The notes under the pieces: generated by a model
What the model saw: the letters and a program-made list of their open reading frames with translations, nothing else
What the model was told of the DNA's origin: nothing
The model's database searches: none
In this document: positions 50,590 through 63,820 of the stretch, in pieces
Layout: each line of letters begins with the position of its first letter
Position numbering within the stretch: position 1 is the first letter of the stretch
Made by a program: the position numbers and the translations under genes
NCBI RefSeq assembly: GCF_964355755.1
Contig: NC_092672.1
Coordinates: 7,316,001-7,380,000, forward strand
Source: Antedon mediterranea
Lineage: Eukaryota > Animalia > Echinodermata
DNA length: 64,000 nt
Direction of reading: 5' to 3'

Positions 50590-50900
50590 AATGACAGTGC
50601 TGTGGGTATCAGTGGCTGGATCTCAATCGAGATATAAAAAAAAAGCGAAAAGCTAAATCAAAACGATAACGAAAAACAGCCAGAAAAGTTAGCATAGCGT
50701 TTGGGCACGACTAGCCCTTCATCAATGCAAGTAAAGGAATATATATATAAACACGCATAGAACATTATTTCTAAACTGCTAGGTGATATAGTGAAATTAA
50801 AATAATTAATATGAAACAATAAGATGAGGAAATCTGTAAGAATGAGAAAAAGTTGTCCCAATCGAGTATATACATCTTTTTCTGCCATAACATAACACTG
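50590..50900 (-). mobile_element. Penelope-like retroelement terminal fragment
   Basis: The minus strand reads TTGATGAAGGGCTAGTCGTGCCCAAACGC, resembling the hammerhead motif at the ends of Penelope-like elements. Boundaries are approximate. Confidence 0.4.
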
Positions 50901-53277
50901 CAAAATCGTTCTAATTCATATATACTTTATATTTTGTCTAATTTCTCTATTTAAATCAAATTCATAGTACAGTGTAAATATTTTTAAAATCTAAGATTAT
51001 AGTCTCTGTTTCTGACTAAAGACTAAGGTATTTCTATAAAAAAACAAACCCCTCATACGGCATATGTGTAGTAGAAACTTTCTAACAAAATGTTTAATTT
51101 CTTACATTAATTTCCTAATAATCCCATCCTTCTGTTAATCCCATCCTTCTGTTAATCCTTTAATATCATGGTTTATGTCTCCCTTTATTACCCATCTTGA
51201 AAACTTGGTGTTGTGTTGTCTACCATGCCTTGATTTGCAGAATTCATCAGGGAGACATAGTGTGTGTATAGCAGAAACAGTTGTGAATTTTTGGCAGCTG
51301 ATAATTGCTGTTATAGCTTTTACTAGAGTACTTTATTTTGCCTAATTTTAACTTCTAACTTAATTTGTGTAGAATAAGGTGAGCTTTGTCTTATCTATGC
51401 ATGTCTTTGCCTTTTGAAACTGAGGATCTAGCTATTTAACATTTCACAAATAACCTGTTTTTGTTGAATGCTAACACTAACTAATTCTAGTATTAAATAC
51501 TGTTCCCTGCCCAATGACCACACAAATCAAAACTAGAGATTGTCACGGCTTTTGCCCGATTTACATAATTCTGAATATCTCGTCTTGGTTTTCTTTTGCC
51601 CCAATTGCCTTCATTGGTTCTGCTTTGTCTGTCAACATACAAGCTTGACGAACCTTTACATAATTCTCAATATGCCCATTAATTCCTGGTAACCATATCA
51701 CTTTGACTCGGATCATAAAAATTCATTTTTTAATTTGTCCATTTTACTATCACATACATATCCACAAACTCATGTTGTAATTTTACTTAGGCCTATATTT
51801 TTTTCTCTTTAATTAGTGTCTTCAGATTGTTTTTATTGCTTTCAATATTAGTTACTTGCTAATTATCATTTAAAATTTGAAAACACTTTTGCGTCTCTCC
51901 TCTCTCTCTCTCCCCATCCTCCTGCTGTTAGTAAAATCCTTTTTTAGATTAGATTATTTTTATCTATATCCTGATATCCTTTCAGTGCCAATGTAGAAAT
52001 GCCTCACAGGCTTAACCATCTATTTTTATTGAAAGAAAATTCACTTTTCTCAACTCTCCACTTGGCTAACAACACAAACATTTTTTTTTTCATGATTCTT
52101 CTACCGCCCTAATCGTGTTGTGCTGAAGCTCTTGACCTTCTGACCTTATCATTTTGATAAACCTGGCATTCCTAGTTTTCTCAATTTAAATATCATTAAA
52201 ATTTCTATAATATAAAGGAACATAAAACTATGCCATGCAATAAACAATCATCATTTAGCTATGTTTATGTAATTATTCTTCACACCATTCCTTTATACAA
52301 TTCCTGTACTTTTAATCCGTTATAATTTTTAAGTCTATACAACAATATTCCTGCACTACTTCAATTTTTCGATCTGGATAGTACATATTATTAAAGCATG
52401 GGGTTATAATAGATACCTCCATGATGAAAGTTTCCCCAGCACTCCTTTCAGACATTGCACATTGTGGGACATCACAAACAACAGTATCATGGCAAACAAA
52501 TGGTGGAAACTTCAACAAGTGAAATCAGATATTGTGAGTAATATTAAGACACCATGGAAAAAAAATGTTTGACCAAGCTTTTGAACACGTCTAACGTCTA
52601 AAAAAACTTATGTAAACAATTCAATACAATGATACAGAATTCTCTTTTTTAAAATTTTGAAATTAAATCCTTGTAAATATGCCATTGAATTTTGATTATG
52701 TTTTTCTATATATTTTCTTGACAAAAGAGCATCATTAAAAAATGCATGATCATCAACAGTCTGTACCACAGCCCAGAAAAACAAGCTCAACGTAATAATT
52801 ATTTATCATGAATACTGTATGCAGGTAATTGTAACAAAAGTATTAGCTACGGTAGCTGAATAATGAAACAATATTCTTGAATTGTATGTATTACATTAAA
52901 CTAAAATATTGTTTTTTTTTATAAATACCGTATATTTATTTTTATCTCTCAATTTCGGCAATAACTTGTTTATATTTTGAAAACAACATTAAAATACAAT
53001 TGTTAAACTAGTGTTTTTTACAATTACGGTACATATTCACTGTGAAATGGATTAGCACTTTTTTTTAAATGTTGTTTTTTTATATGAAAATAATTGTGGC
53101 GTTAATGCGAATATTATTGAATAGAAAATTAGTTTATGTTCATTATTTTAATTGAAATTCAGTTGTACTCTAAATTATAAATATAGCAAGTTACAACAAA
53201 AAACGTGAGGGCGCTATCCCGCTATTGTGAGCCTGCTATTATTGTTTGTTTTGTCTTGTTTTCATTCATTCCACGAC

Positions 53278-55190
53278 ATGGCTCCCACCAGACAGCATAA
53301 GGTCGTTATGCCAATATGGCATCGGCTATCAAGGGTTTTTCTATGTTTAGCAGGTGTTATTCTTTCTTTATATGCTTTATATGTAGAAAATATGAAAGAA
53401 ATAAACAATGCGTACACAGCATTGTGCGATATAAATGAGCAAGTAAGCTGTTCGAAGGTGTTTACATCCAAGTAAGTAGGCCTAGGCCCTACGTGTAGTA
53501 GGCTAGAAAGTAGTAGGAGGATATTTATCCTAGGCCTATCCCGCCTCTAGTAGGCTATAGCTGCTAGAAGTAGTAGGCCTAGTCTTCACCTACTAGTAGA
53601 GCTAGTAGGCCTAGGCTTGGCCAATCCATCATATATTCAGTCCAAAATGCCTGAGCTATAGGCCTAGTCTAGAGGTCTCCCAAAGCCATATATTATATGG
53701 TTGGGTGAATGGATACAATCACAAATGTACAAACAGTTACTTATTTTATATGCTCCATCTATTTTGAACCTTTTAATAATTGATTGTTTGTTTTATCTTT
53801 ATACTGGGTGACCTCTTCAGTCAAAGACTGATCAGTGGCTGTGATGTACTAATACACTGGGGTAACCCCCTACTCTCGTCTCGAAAGATGTACTAGGTTC
53901 TTTAAAGGGCACACGAGCAAGTTGTGTACACTGGACCTACGGTTTATAGTCCTTATCCGAGAACACTCGTTCTACCACCAGAACCATGGAGTGAGTGAGC
54001 GAGCCTCGAACCCCTGCCGATGTTATGGCTACGTGATTACGGTTCCACTGTCTTAACCGCTCGGCCACTCACTGATAATAAACTTTATTTATTGAAATAG
54101 GCCTAGATTTTATTATATCATCAAAATTGTTTGTTTTTACACAAGTTCGTCATATAAATGCAAAATTGAGAAGAAAATTACAGCAGAATCCCTTCCATCT
54201 GACCCCTTATTTAGGGGAAACCATACCGGTGCTTCCCGCATAAACGGGAACCCCTATCCAAGTGAAATAGATAAGAAATTTATATTATTTAAAAAAATTA
54301 ACACACATTTGAGTCAATTTTAATATTGGGCCTATAATATTAATTTTTTTTCAGGTATGGTAGAGGTTTTGGAATTGTTGGACCAATCCTTGGTGAAGAC
54401 AGTCCACTCAATGTACCCAATAGTTTATTTGGAATTTTGTTTTACTTTCTACAATTTGTCTTGGGTAAGTATTTGTTTTATTGTATTGATAATAAATGCT
54501 GTATAGCCTTGGTTTATCAGGATTCAGGTGCCCAGCCCTTTGGTGCCCTACCCTTTCCTTTATAATACATGGCATTTTTTATTACCGTATATAATATGCT
54601 GGATTATTTAACTCCCATATAACTTCCTTCCTTAATTAGGTTGTGATTTTTGTAAGGCCCTCTCTTTCCATACAGTATGTGTGTTTTAACAAACGGGTAA
54701 AAGTAATTAGGCCAGACACGACTCACAAACATGTGAGTCGTGTCTGGCCTTTTACCTGTTTTTAACAGATATAAACAAAATAAATACAATTTTTTTTTAA
54801 ATCCCTAATAAACTATATTATATAATAATGCATGACAGCAAATTTAAACGTTGATTTTTATTAAGTAAAAAAAGTTGTTCATAAACTTATATTGTATAAT
54901 AATATACATATGACTTTTACAATGATTTTTATTATGTTAATGACTAATTTGTGATGTTTTTTGTTTTTATTCCAGGTCAACGGCACACAGTTAATGCTGT
55001 TTGGAGTTTGATTATAATGTCAGTATTGTCTTTAATTGGTTGTGTATACCTGGCATATATCCTAACCTTCGTGCTCCATGATGCATGTGTAGTTTGTGTA
55101 ACTACATATATTGTCAACATCCTTCTATTTATAGTTAATGTTTTGAAATTAAATGTTGTTAAAAGCATAGCAGTAAAGAAAAGCAAGTAA
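53278..55190 (+). CDS. VKORC1: Vitamin K epoxide reductase (VKORC1/VKORC1L1 homologue). Exons 53278-53471, 54355-54464, 54976-55190
   Basis: [39 protein letters not shown], redox motif CVVC followed by TTY, three-exon layout, C-terminal KKSK. Confidence 0.93.
53785..54072 (-). mobile_element. tRNA-derived SINE in VKOR intron 1
   Basis: Minus strand: A box TGGCCGAGCGG, B box GGTTCGAGGC, central GGATAAGGACTATAAACCGTAGGTCC...TTAAAGAACC...GAGTAGGGG (resembles a Meta-type core, from memory) and an A-rich tail. Confidence 0.75.
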
Positions 55191-55894
55191 GGAGAAGCAT
55201 GGGATGTAATCGGGCAGATTGTTAAAATATTATATATAGTCTTAAAAATGAATAATTATTTTAATAAATTGTAAGAACTATTGTATTTAATATTACTTGT
55301 GACAAGTATTGACAATAGACAATATATTTAATACAAGAATACAAGAAAATGATAATACATGGAGTTATGAATTAGATACCTCCATGGTTGGCACGTATGC
55401 TGGCAGTGTAATTATTCTTAATTTTTCCAGAAAGTGTATGTGGTCGTACATACAGGTGCTTATTCAAATTAGGCACTCATTTTTAATTCAGGTTGTATTT
55501 TCCATTACAACTACTATATTTTGTAAAAGATTTTGTTGAATATGAACCCTTTTGATATTACAAGTAATATATTTGGATATACAATATTGATTTAATTAAT
55601 TGCACATACAGTTTAAATCAGGTTTTGTAATTCAATAACAAATAAATGTCACAATGAACAATAATTTATGTACTGATTTGTTTTTTTAATGAGAAAAAAA
55701 AAGTTTTACTGATGAAATACTGTAGATAATATTATTCCAGTGTATGTTTGTCAAAATAATGCAAAAAAGATGGTAACGCTTGACTGATTATATCCAGGGT
55801 TGTCAATTTGACCTATTTAAGCACGGGTTCTGCGCTGCATCATTACATCACATTCCTTGGCCTCTAGGACTAGGTAGCTCAAATCGGAATCAAA

Positions 55895-58100
55895 ATGACA
55901 TTGAAGATTTTTGCTGACTTGTTGTCGCAACCGTCACGTTCTGTTATACTATTTGCAAAATTGAATAATATTCCATTCGTTCTAGAAAATACATCTATTG
56001 CTGAAGGTTCGTATTTATGAAATTCTAACAAACGGGGTAGCCTAGCTAGGCTAGGCCTCTCTCTCTCTCTCTACTAGGGCCAGGCTAGCTAGGCGGCATG
56101 CATACCTTCTAATAAACTTAGAATGATGGCCTAGGTAGGTTGGCCCTAGAGTACGGTCTATTTAGTAGTGTAGGCCTAGTACTTTACTGAATAGCCTCTA
56201 GCATGAGTGGCTAAGCCTAAATAGTAGTAGTATACTACTGAATAGGCCACTGCATGTATTTTCATATAATAAAATAGCTGTTTGATGTAATTGCGCGTAA
56301 TTTGAAATTGTACAAAAAGATTTCCTTGCTTGAGCATGTGCATGGCAATCCTTTCGCAATAACTTGCGCTGCCCAGAATATTAGATAAGATCCAGCTTTG
56401 GTTCTCTCAAATAATACTGAAAAATAACATTTTAATATTTCCTGAATATATATAATTTCTGAATATTTTGATTCGAATTGCGCAAGGAAATCCTTGCGCA
56501 AATTGTTCCAATTGCACATAACGTTAACATATCAATTTGATTTAGGTGCTCACCAGACCAAAGAATTTACTGCCATCAATCCATTCCAAAAAGTTCCAGC
56601 AATACAAGATGGTGATTTCAACCTAACTGAAAGGTCAGCAGAACAGGTTTCTTTTGAAGAAGACAGTTAACAACAACATGCATGATGATGTATTTGGGTA
56701 GTGGTAACCTGGTCCAGTAATAAGGTCAGGGCAGGGATCTCCCAGGTCAGGGGTGGAGCAGGGATAAAATTATGAACTACTTTTTGATATCTTATTTTTG
56801 ACACACTATTAATAATATGCTCCCCGGTTTAAAGAATCCTGGATCCAACCCTGAACTGAAGATGGCATAGATGAGTCATTTTAGTGTTTTTATTTTCAGT
56901 GTGGCTATATTAAAGTATCTTGCAAGTACTTATAAGACGCCTGCCCATTGGTATCCATCAGATGTGAAAAAACGTGCAAGGGTCGATGAATACTTAGCCT
57001 GGCAACATGTAAACACACGATTAAGTTGTGCTAAAGTATTCTGGTGTGAGGTTTGTTACAGTAGTATTTTTCAGGTTTAAAAAAATAATAGATTTTGATG
57101 GCTCAGATATAACCTTGTTAGTATACATAGTACGTTTTTGAAATTTATATATATTGTAAATATTTAGAAAAAGTTTGTGAATGTTTAAATGAAGTTTTTA
57201 TATAATGTAATGAATTATTAATATATTTCCAATTCCCCAAACTAAATTGTCATTAGCTTTAATATATGCCAGCACTGTTTATATCTGCAGTACACTACAA
57301 ATTGTAAGGTTACCTAATTTTACTATGCTATAATGACTCATTTTTCAATTGATATTATAACTATTTTGTTTATTTATAGTTCTTGATTCCAAGGATGACC
57401 GGGAACCCAATTAACAAAAACAAACTTGAAAACTGCCTGACTGGAATGAACAAAACACTCACCGAGATTGAAGATGTTTTTCTTAAAGACCGCAAGTACT
57501 TGTGCGGCAATGAGATTACAATTGCTGATATCATGGGAGTATCTGAGGTTAGTTTCAAACTCAAGGCACAGGGATTTTGGAGTGGGATTGTTAAATAGTC
57601 AATAGTGTAGTTCACACACAGCTACAGTGTACATAAACTACGGACTAATGCACAGTACCTTCAGTGGCATAATGGCTATGAGCACTCACTCAGGCTACAC
57701 CCAGGAGTCCCAAAGCTTATGAGCCCTAGAGCATGAGCAGTCCAATTCAACTACCCAGTGTTGAAGGGCCCTTAGGAGTGCTAAAGCAGGAGACCTTTCT
57801 CCCTGCGTTACGCCACTGAGTACCTTGGTTAAACATCTCAGCCTCCCAGTGTGTAGAAAGCTTGTAAGTTGTAAAATGAGAATTTAAAATATTCTACCTA
57901 ATATTTGTCATTACAAATATACATTATTTACTTTTCAGGTACTCCAAGTGTCTGGGTCAGGTCGTGACCCTGCAGAAGGTCATCCCAAACTTGGTGCATG
58001 GATTGATAGAGTACAGACCCAACTAAATCCAGAGTTTGACGATGTGTTTAAGATTCTATTCAAAATACGGAATAAATCACGATCAAGATCCAAGTTATAA
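55895..58100 (+). CDS. GSTT1: Glutathione S-transferase theta class. Exons 55895-56006, 56546-56633, 56900-57050, 57380-57547, 57939-58100
   Basis: DLLSQPSRSV (catalytic Ser), INPFQKVPAIQDGDFNLTESVAILKYL, HWYPSD...RARVDEYLAWQH, FLKDRKYLCGNEITIAD, HPKLGAWIDRV. The symbol indicates the family only. Confidence 0.92.
57662..57818. mobile_element. hAT-type MITE in GST intron 4
   Basis: TIRs CAGTGGCATAA / TTACGCCACTG with an 8-bp TSD AGTACCTT (57654-57661, 57819-57826). Confidence 0.85.
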
Positions 58101-61038
58101 AATAATGGACTCTGTGCGAAATGCATGTCTAAAAAAATAAAAAGATGTAAACTTTTGTTAAAATGAAATATAATGATATTTTAATGAAAATGAATTAAAC
58201 ATAATAATGATATTAAGATAATACAGAGGGTGAATAATAATAATATTATTATTATACTGGTTATTTTAATAATCTAAAATATATAGAAATACATTGATTG
58301 AAAATGTACTACCTTGCAAGACTTACAATACTGTACAGTATTTTTAATGTCAGATGTTATCTTTACCGTATTATATTCAGTATTTTAAAATATACAATGA
58401 CAGATTTCATTGTATTAAGAATTGTAATATAACATCCTTTTGTTGTAATGTTTTTTTGAGAAATATTTTATCACTGAATCAAAAAATAATAAAATAAATA
58501 ATAAAATATTATCATGGGTTATGTGCAATATTCATGTAGTATTATACCTCAACTAATTTTATGGGACTTCTAAGATGTCATTGTGTAGAGAGTTGTATTT
58601 GTGAAAACAATCTACTTTTATAATAAACCTTTACTTTAAATGTCTCCTTTTGGGCTTCTGCGGTATAATTCAAATGTTTTCATCTTAACGATTAAGATTG
58701 AATGAATGAATCCTTTCTGTTAAATACTATGTAATTTCTGTGCATGTGGTCTGTAATATTTATTTTTAACATGCACAATTTCAAATTTATGCAAATCGTT
58801 CAACATAGCCACAAAAACACCTGCTGGTTGTTGTGCTCATAAATGAATCCTAAATGTCATGCTCTTGGAATTTCTGATCATATCAGTAGTGCATTTAATC
58901 AATAACCACACAGCACAATCAGGGTTGTGGAAGAGCTTGGTTGCATCTTTAAAGTTATCAATAGAAACAGCAAATGGTATTTGTTTCCTTTCCTCCTTTT
59001 GGTGAACAAAACTTGTTTGGACTACAGGATGGGAAAAAACACAAAATTCATCTAAGTTTGCATCTCTTAAGAGTTTATTTTACAAAGTCTTAGAACAAAA
59101 TCACCTTTTTACATTTCAAACAACTTGAGTTACCAAGACAGAGCAAGGTATTATGAATTATATGTACACTAAAAACTAAATTGGTTACAATTACTAATAA
59201 TACACACTAGTAATTAATTATTGATTGGCCAGAAATAAATGATATGCAACAAACAATTCTATATGTAGAAAAAATGTGTACCTAAATTAATATTACGTTT
59301 ATGATGAATTATTGTACTCAACAAACTGTAACACTAAGAGTTAGGTATAACAGAATTTATAATACAGCGATAACCATTTATACTTGTTTGTGCATTTTTA
59401 AGAATATATCATTACACTTGGGAACAAGGCTTCCACAACTGGTCAAACAATGTCCCATAAAGAGGGTGATCTTTTAATTAGGACAGACACCCGTATTTGC
59501 CAATGAGAGTGGTGGTCAATGTATAGTTCAAATAATTTATATAAATGGCACTTTAAATAGATCCTTTACTTCAGAATACAGTGAACTGTCCTTTATAGAA
59601 GGAAACTCGCATTAACATACTGCATAACACATAGCAGCCTAGTCAATACCTCTAAAATATAGATCCTAATTATGATCCAGAAATCATCCAGTTAAATGTG
59701 TACAATTAATAAGGCATCATGGCCTTCACAGTGTGGACTTTACCTTGCACACAAGTGTGCAACAGCCTTGATTTGAACATGATTCTCAATAACTAAAATC
59801 ATACAGTACAGAAATACATCAATATTGTATAGAAAAATACTATGATCTGTATTTTATACAGATGAAATGTGTGGATGTTTTCATAATCTGAACACACAGG
59901 GGCTATCTGATGCAAAACGCAAAAAAACCATATTTCAAACAGTATTGGTTTACAATACATGTTTAGTATGTACATACAGTATTAACGCCAATTTACACAG
60001 ATGAGCGATAACGGTAAGCAGAAAAACGCATAGCTTCTTCCACATAAAATCTGTATCTATTTCCACTGCTTGTTTACCACTCACCATTCATCTGTGTAAA
60101 CTTTATGTAGGCTTACTGCCAGAACACTGGATGCCTTTGTCATAGGTTACATTAAAGGTATCCCTCTTTTTTTTAAATTTTAAAGCCTTTATCTTGAAAC
60201 ACATTCACTCTAAGATCACTTTCTAGGTCTTTGCACATGTGTGTAAAGTTCTGTCTACACTAACTAGTTTGACAAAAAGAGTGTGATGTGCCCAATTATG
60301 GTAACATCACATTTTTTTGTCAAATAAAATTTAATAGTTTAGACAAGACCTTAGAGTGCAACTACGCATCACGCGTATTAGTCCTAGTCCTAACAAAATT
60401 CTAAACCCATCCATTTAATACAATTGTGTTGGATTACAGCACTTGTTTGTGGCAATCTACTGTGTATTTTAACAGCTAGTTCTGTCAATTTACTAGCAAA
60501 ATCATTCATTTATTCAGCCAACTACTTGATATCAATGACATTATTACAGTAACTATCATATCTCTCTTTACAAAATCAAGTAATTGCTTTTTGCAAACAT
60601 ATCCTATCCTTCACATATTCTGTTTCAATTCTGTAGTGCACAAAGATTGAGGTTTTATTTAATTCTACTGTTTTAATTCTCTTCATTAAGCTTGGTTCCC
60701 TCTAGAGGGCGCAACTCAATCAAGTCTTGCCACCGACAAGTGAATGATAATCCATCATGCGTGATTAGTCAAATCAGTTACGCTACATCCTTTTGTTGCA
60801 TCTCTAGCGGGAACCAAGTATTATTTCCGATTCTACATCTATTTCAAATTCAGGGTTCTGTTGATACATCAATTTAAGTTTTCTCTTCTGATTGTGTCCG
60901 CACTTACAATTCAGGATTGCTGTGAATGTACACAAGTTCATGGCTCTCTCCACACATCAAATTGTATTCTATACCAATTTTTTACTGATGTTATATCCCA
61001 CTTTCAAATCTGTGAAATACTATTCCCCATTTCTAGAA

Positions 61039-63820
61039 TTAGTTCAGGGTTCCTCTACACTGAGAGCTGTTACAAAGGCAGGGTATCTTTTCTTCTTCAA
61101 TCGGGAACTTGTAGTCATAAGTGATTTCATCGCCCTTGTTAATCTGCCTCTTGGAGTAAATAACAATCTTTTTATGCGAGTCTACGTTGATGATCTTTGC
61201 ATAACAATTGGGCTGCAAACAAAAACAAAACAAAATACATTATTCTTTGATCAATAAAACATACTAATAAAACTGTTTTTCAACCAATATATGTATATTT
61301 ACCGTGCAGCTATGGTTGATGAAACGAGCAAAGTTTCCACATTTGGTAGCATCAATGATGGACTCGGAATCAATTCTAAATAAGTAGCTACTTCCAATTC
61401 CTATATTCTCATAGCGTTTCTCGCGCATATCCGCTATAGTTTGACGCACCATCTGTCCAACATACTCTACGACCATCTCGTCTTGTGATATTGTTTCCAA
61501 GGCATACAAGCCCCATCCGTGAATACCACTTTTGGAAAATTTCAGTTCTTTCTTCCGAAACTAATAAAAACAAACATCATTTATTTATTTTCCACACATT
61601 GAAGAAAATAGAACAGATATTTACTCTTTAGAAAACTTAAAGAAAAAAAAGATTAAAATTAATGAGGACAATCTATGAAAGGAGATCATCAAATCGGTTT
61701 TTAAAAAATGTCTTCACACACTTTACGAAGAATAAAACTGCTAAAATAAGTTGGTTGGTTTGCCTTACTTTAAGTTGATTAAATTTGAGTAGATCTGAAA
61801 CACTATCAGCCTGTGTGTGTGATAAGGAAGTCAGCAACCTTCTGTGGTCCAATCTAGCTTCCCTTGAAATACCTGGTCCAGTCTTTGTAACCACCTCTGA
61901 ACCTTGACGACCCTGATGCAAGAAAGATTGCAAATATTGATAAATTAACATGTGCGTAGGTTTGTAATGTTTATGCCTTTTCTTTTAAAAATATATAAAT
62001 TAAAATAATATCCACTCTTTAAGCCTTGTCTACACTATCAAACTTTATGTGAAAAAAATGTGCTGTGACATGATGTCATATCACTACTATATTTGGGAAT
62101 ATCACTATCACACTAGCACATCACACTTTTTTGTCAAAGTAGTTTGATAGTATAGACAAAACTTTATACTTTTGACTAACCTCTTCTGCTTCATTTCCTA
62201 TCGTACGTGGTCTATTAATATATCGTTTCTTTTCCTTCATTGTGATTTTGTAATAGCCTTGTGTTCTCGCACACCCTGTATCATGCTGGCCCTGTTCATC
62301 CTCTGTTTTTCTGCGCTTTTTTACAAATGCATTCTCCGGGAAGACAGTCAGTAAACATTGTTAAGGAAAGTAATATTATATTTGTAACAGTTTTTTATAT
62401 TACACCTAAATAAATTCCTGTCATTTGATTGCACGATTGTGGGTCACATGGCTTTACCTCGTGGAAATAGAATTTCATCTTTCACCTCATGAAATTATAA
62501 ACATTAATTATTTATATATTAATAAACTACATTGTTGGACTCTGTAATAGAAAGAACATTAGTTCTTTAATGAATCAATCAAACAGCACAATCTCACAAT
62601 AAATAAGTCAAAAAAAGATATAAAAGTGATCTTAAAAGGATATCTGGATGGCTAACCCAATGGCAGTAATTAAGCCAAGAGTGTCTGTTGTCCTGAAGTA
62701 ACATGCTGTATGTCTTGCGCAGAAAGCAAGCATCTTCCAAGTCGATACCAGTAGCAAGGATCTCGTACAGCTTCTGCCATTCATCGTAATAGTTCCTAGG
62801 ATGAAAGAGAGGCACCTGAGCTTCTTTTTCTTGCTCTGCACGTTGGATCTGCTCCTCAATGATGGTCTCAAGCTCTGTCTTCTTTCGTTTCCTTTTCTTG
62901 GTTGGTTTGACATCTTCTGGTGGTGTGTCAGCCTCTACTGGTGCCGATCCAACTTCTGCCTCAGACTTTGGTGCTGCAACCTTTTTGTCTTTTTCTGGTT
63001 GACTGTAGGAATGCTCAATTTCCATTGTGGTAGGTGGAGGTGCTGGAGGTGGTGAAGGCATCTTACAGTAGCTGTGATCCATAAGCATCATATCACGCAG
63101 ACTTGGTTCCTGTGGACGAGAGTATATTTTTATATTTCTTAATCAGAATGTGGTCTCTAATTTTAGAGAATATTTCACTGGAAGGGATTGATTGATTGAT
63201 AGATTAAGGGGGTGGGTGTCGTCCTGAGAACAAGGTGTAGGGTTATTTAAAACTTCTGTTTTTGCGATTTATTAAAACCAATAAATATAACAGAAAAGTT
63301 CACACTGTTACCTCATCAGCACTTTCAGTTTTTTCTGATGAATCTTCTGGTTTTTCTTCCTCATCTCCTCCTTCACTTTCCAACTCCCTAGCCTTTGAAG
63401 CCATCTCCACCAAGATCTCAAATGCATCAAGACCTGGACTTTCCTGCTTGCTTGTTTTGTTAGCTGCTTCTTTGGCCTTCTGTGAGGTAGACTTTGCTGC
63501 TTTTTCTTTGATCCTATACATGTATAAAGAAATGTACATCATAAGAAAATTGCCACCTTTCAAAACAATAGTACCAGTGGTTAGCAACAACAAATACTTT
63601 AATGAAATGCATACTGTAATGCATACAGATAAAGCTTATTCCAAAATCATATTTTAAAATCGAAAGAGTGTTAATGATGACATATATTATTATTTATAAC
63701 AATAGTTTGTTTTATCATTCTTACTTTACTGGCAGCTTTCCCTTGGCAATCGTGTCTCCATTTACCATGTCAGGTACTATTGATACATCCAGTTTAGCCT
63801 TCAATCCATCATCTGTATCT
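61039..63820 (-). CDS. SETD1: Histone H3K4 methyltransferase SETD1 (SET1A/B homologue), 3' part; the gene continues beyond the window. Exons 63725-63820, 63312-63513, 62644-63109, 62181-62350, 61769-61912, 61303-61560, 61039-61212
   Basis: DHSY/EHSY motifs, N-SET GIDLED..WLN..HWVSHP, WIN motif [34 protein letters not shown] / [10 protein letters not shown] / EITYDYKFP, post-[16 protein letters not shown]. Confidence 0.95.
62351..62643 (-). other. U12-type (minor spliceosome) AT-AC intron in SETD1
   Basis: 5' splice site ATATCCTTT, branch point TTCCTTAAC ~10 nt before the terminal AC. Removing it joins HP to VTVF in frame. Confidence 0.92.

Noticed and set aside
51590-52520. Possible RNase H relic or extra exons on the minus strand
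   Set aside because: Only a weak WLPG-like match, and no consistent spliced frame.
53995-54072. tRNA gene
   Set aside because: A and B boxes are present but there is no full cloverleaf, and the sequence continues into a SINE body and tail.
60698-60712. CTCF-like motif CCTCTAGAGGGCGC
   Set aside because: It lies in a MITE terminal repeat, and a single match is not evidence of binding.
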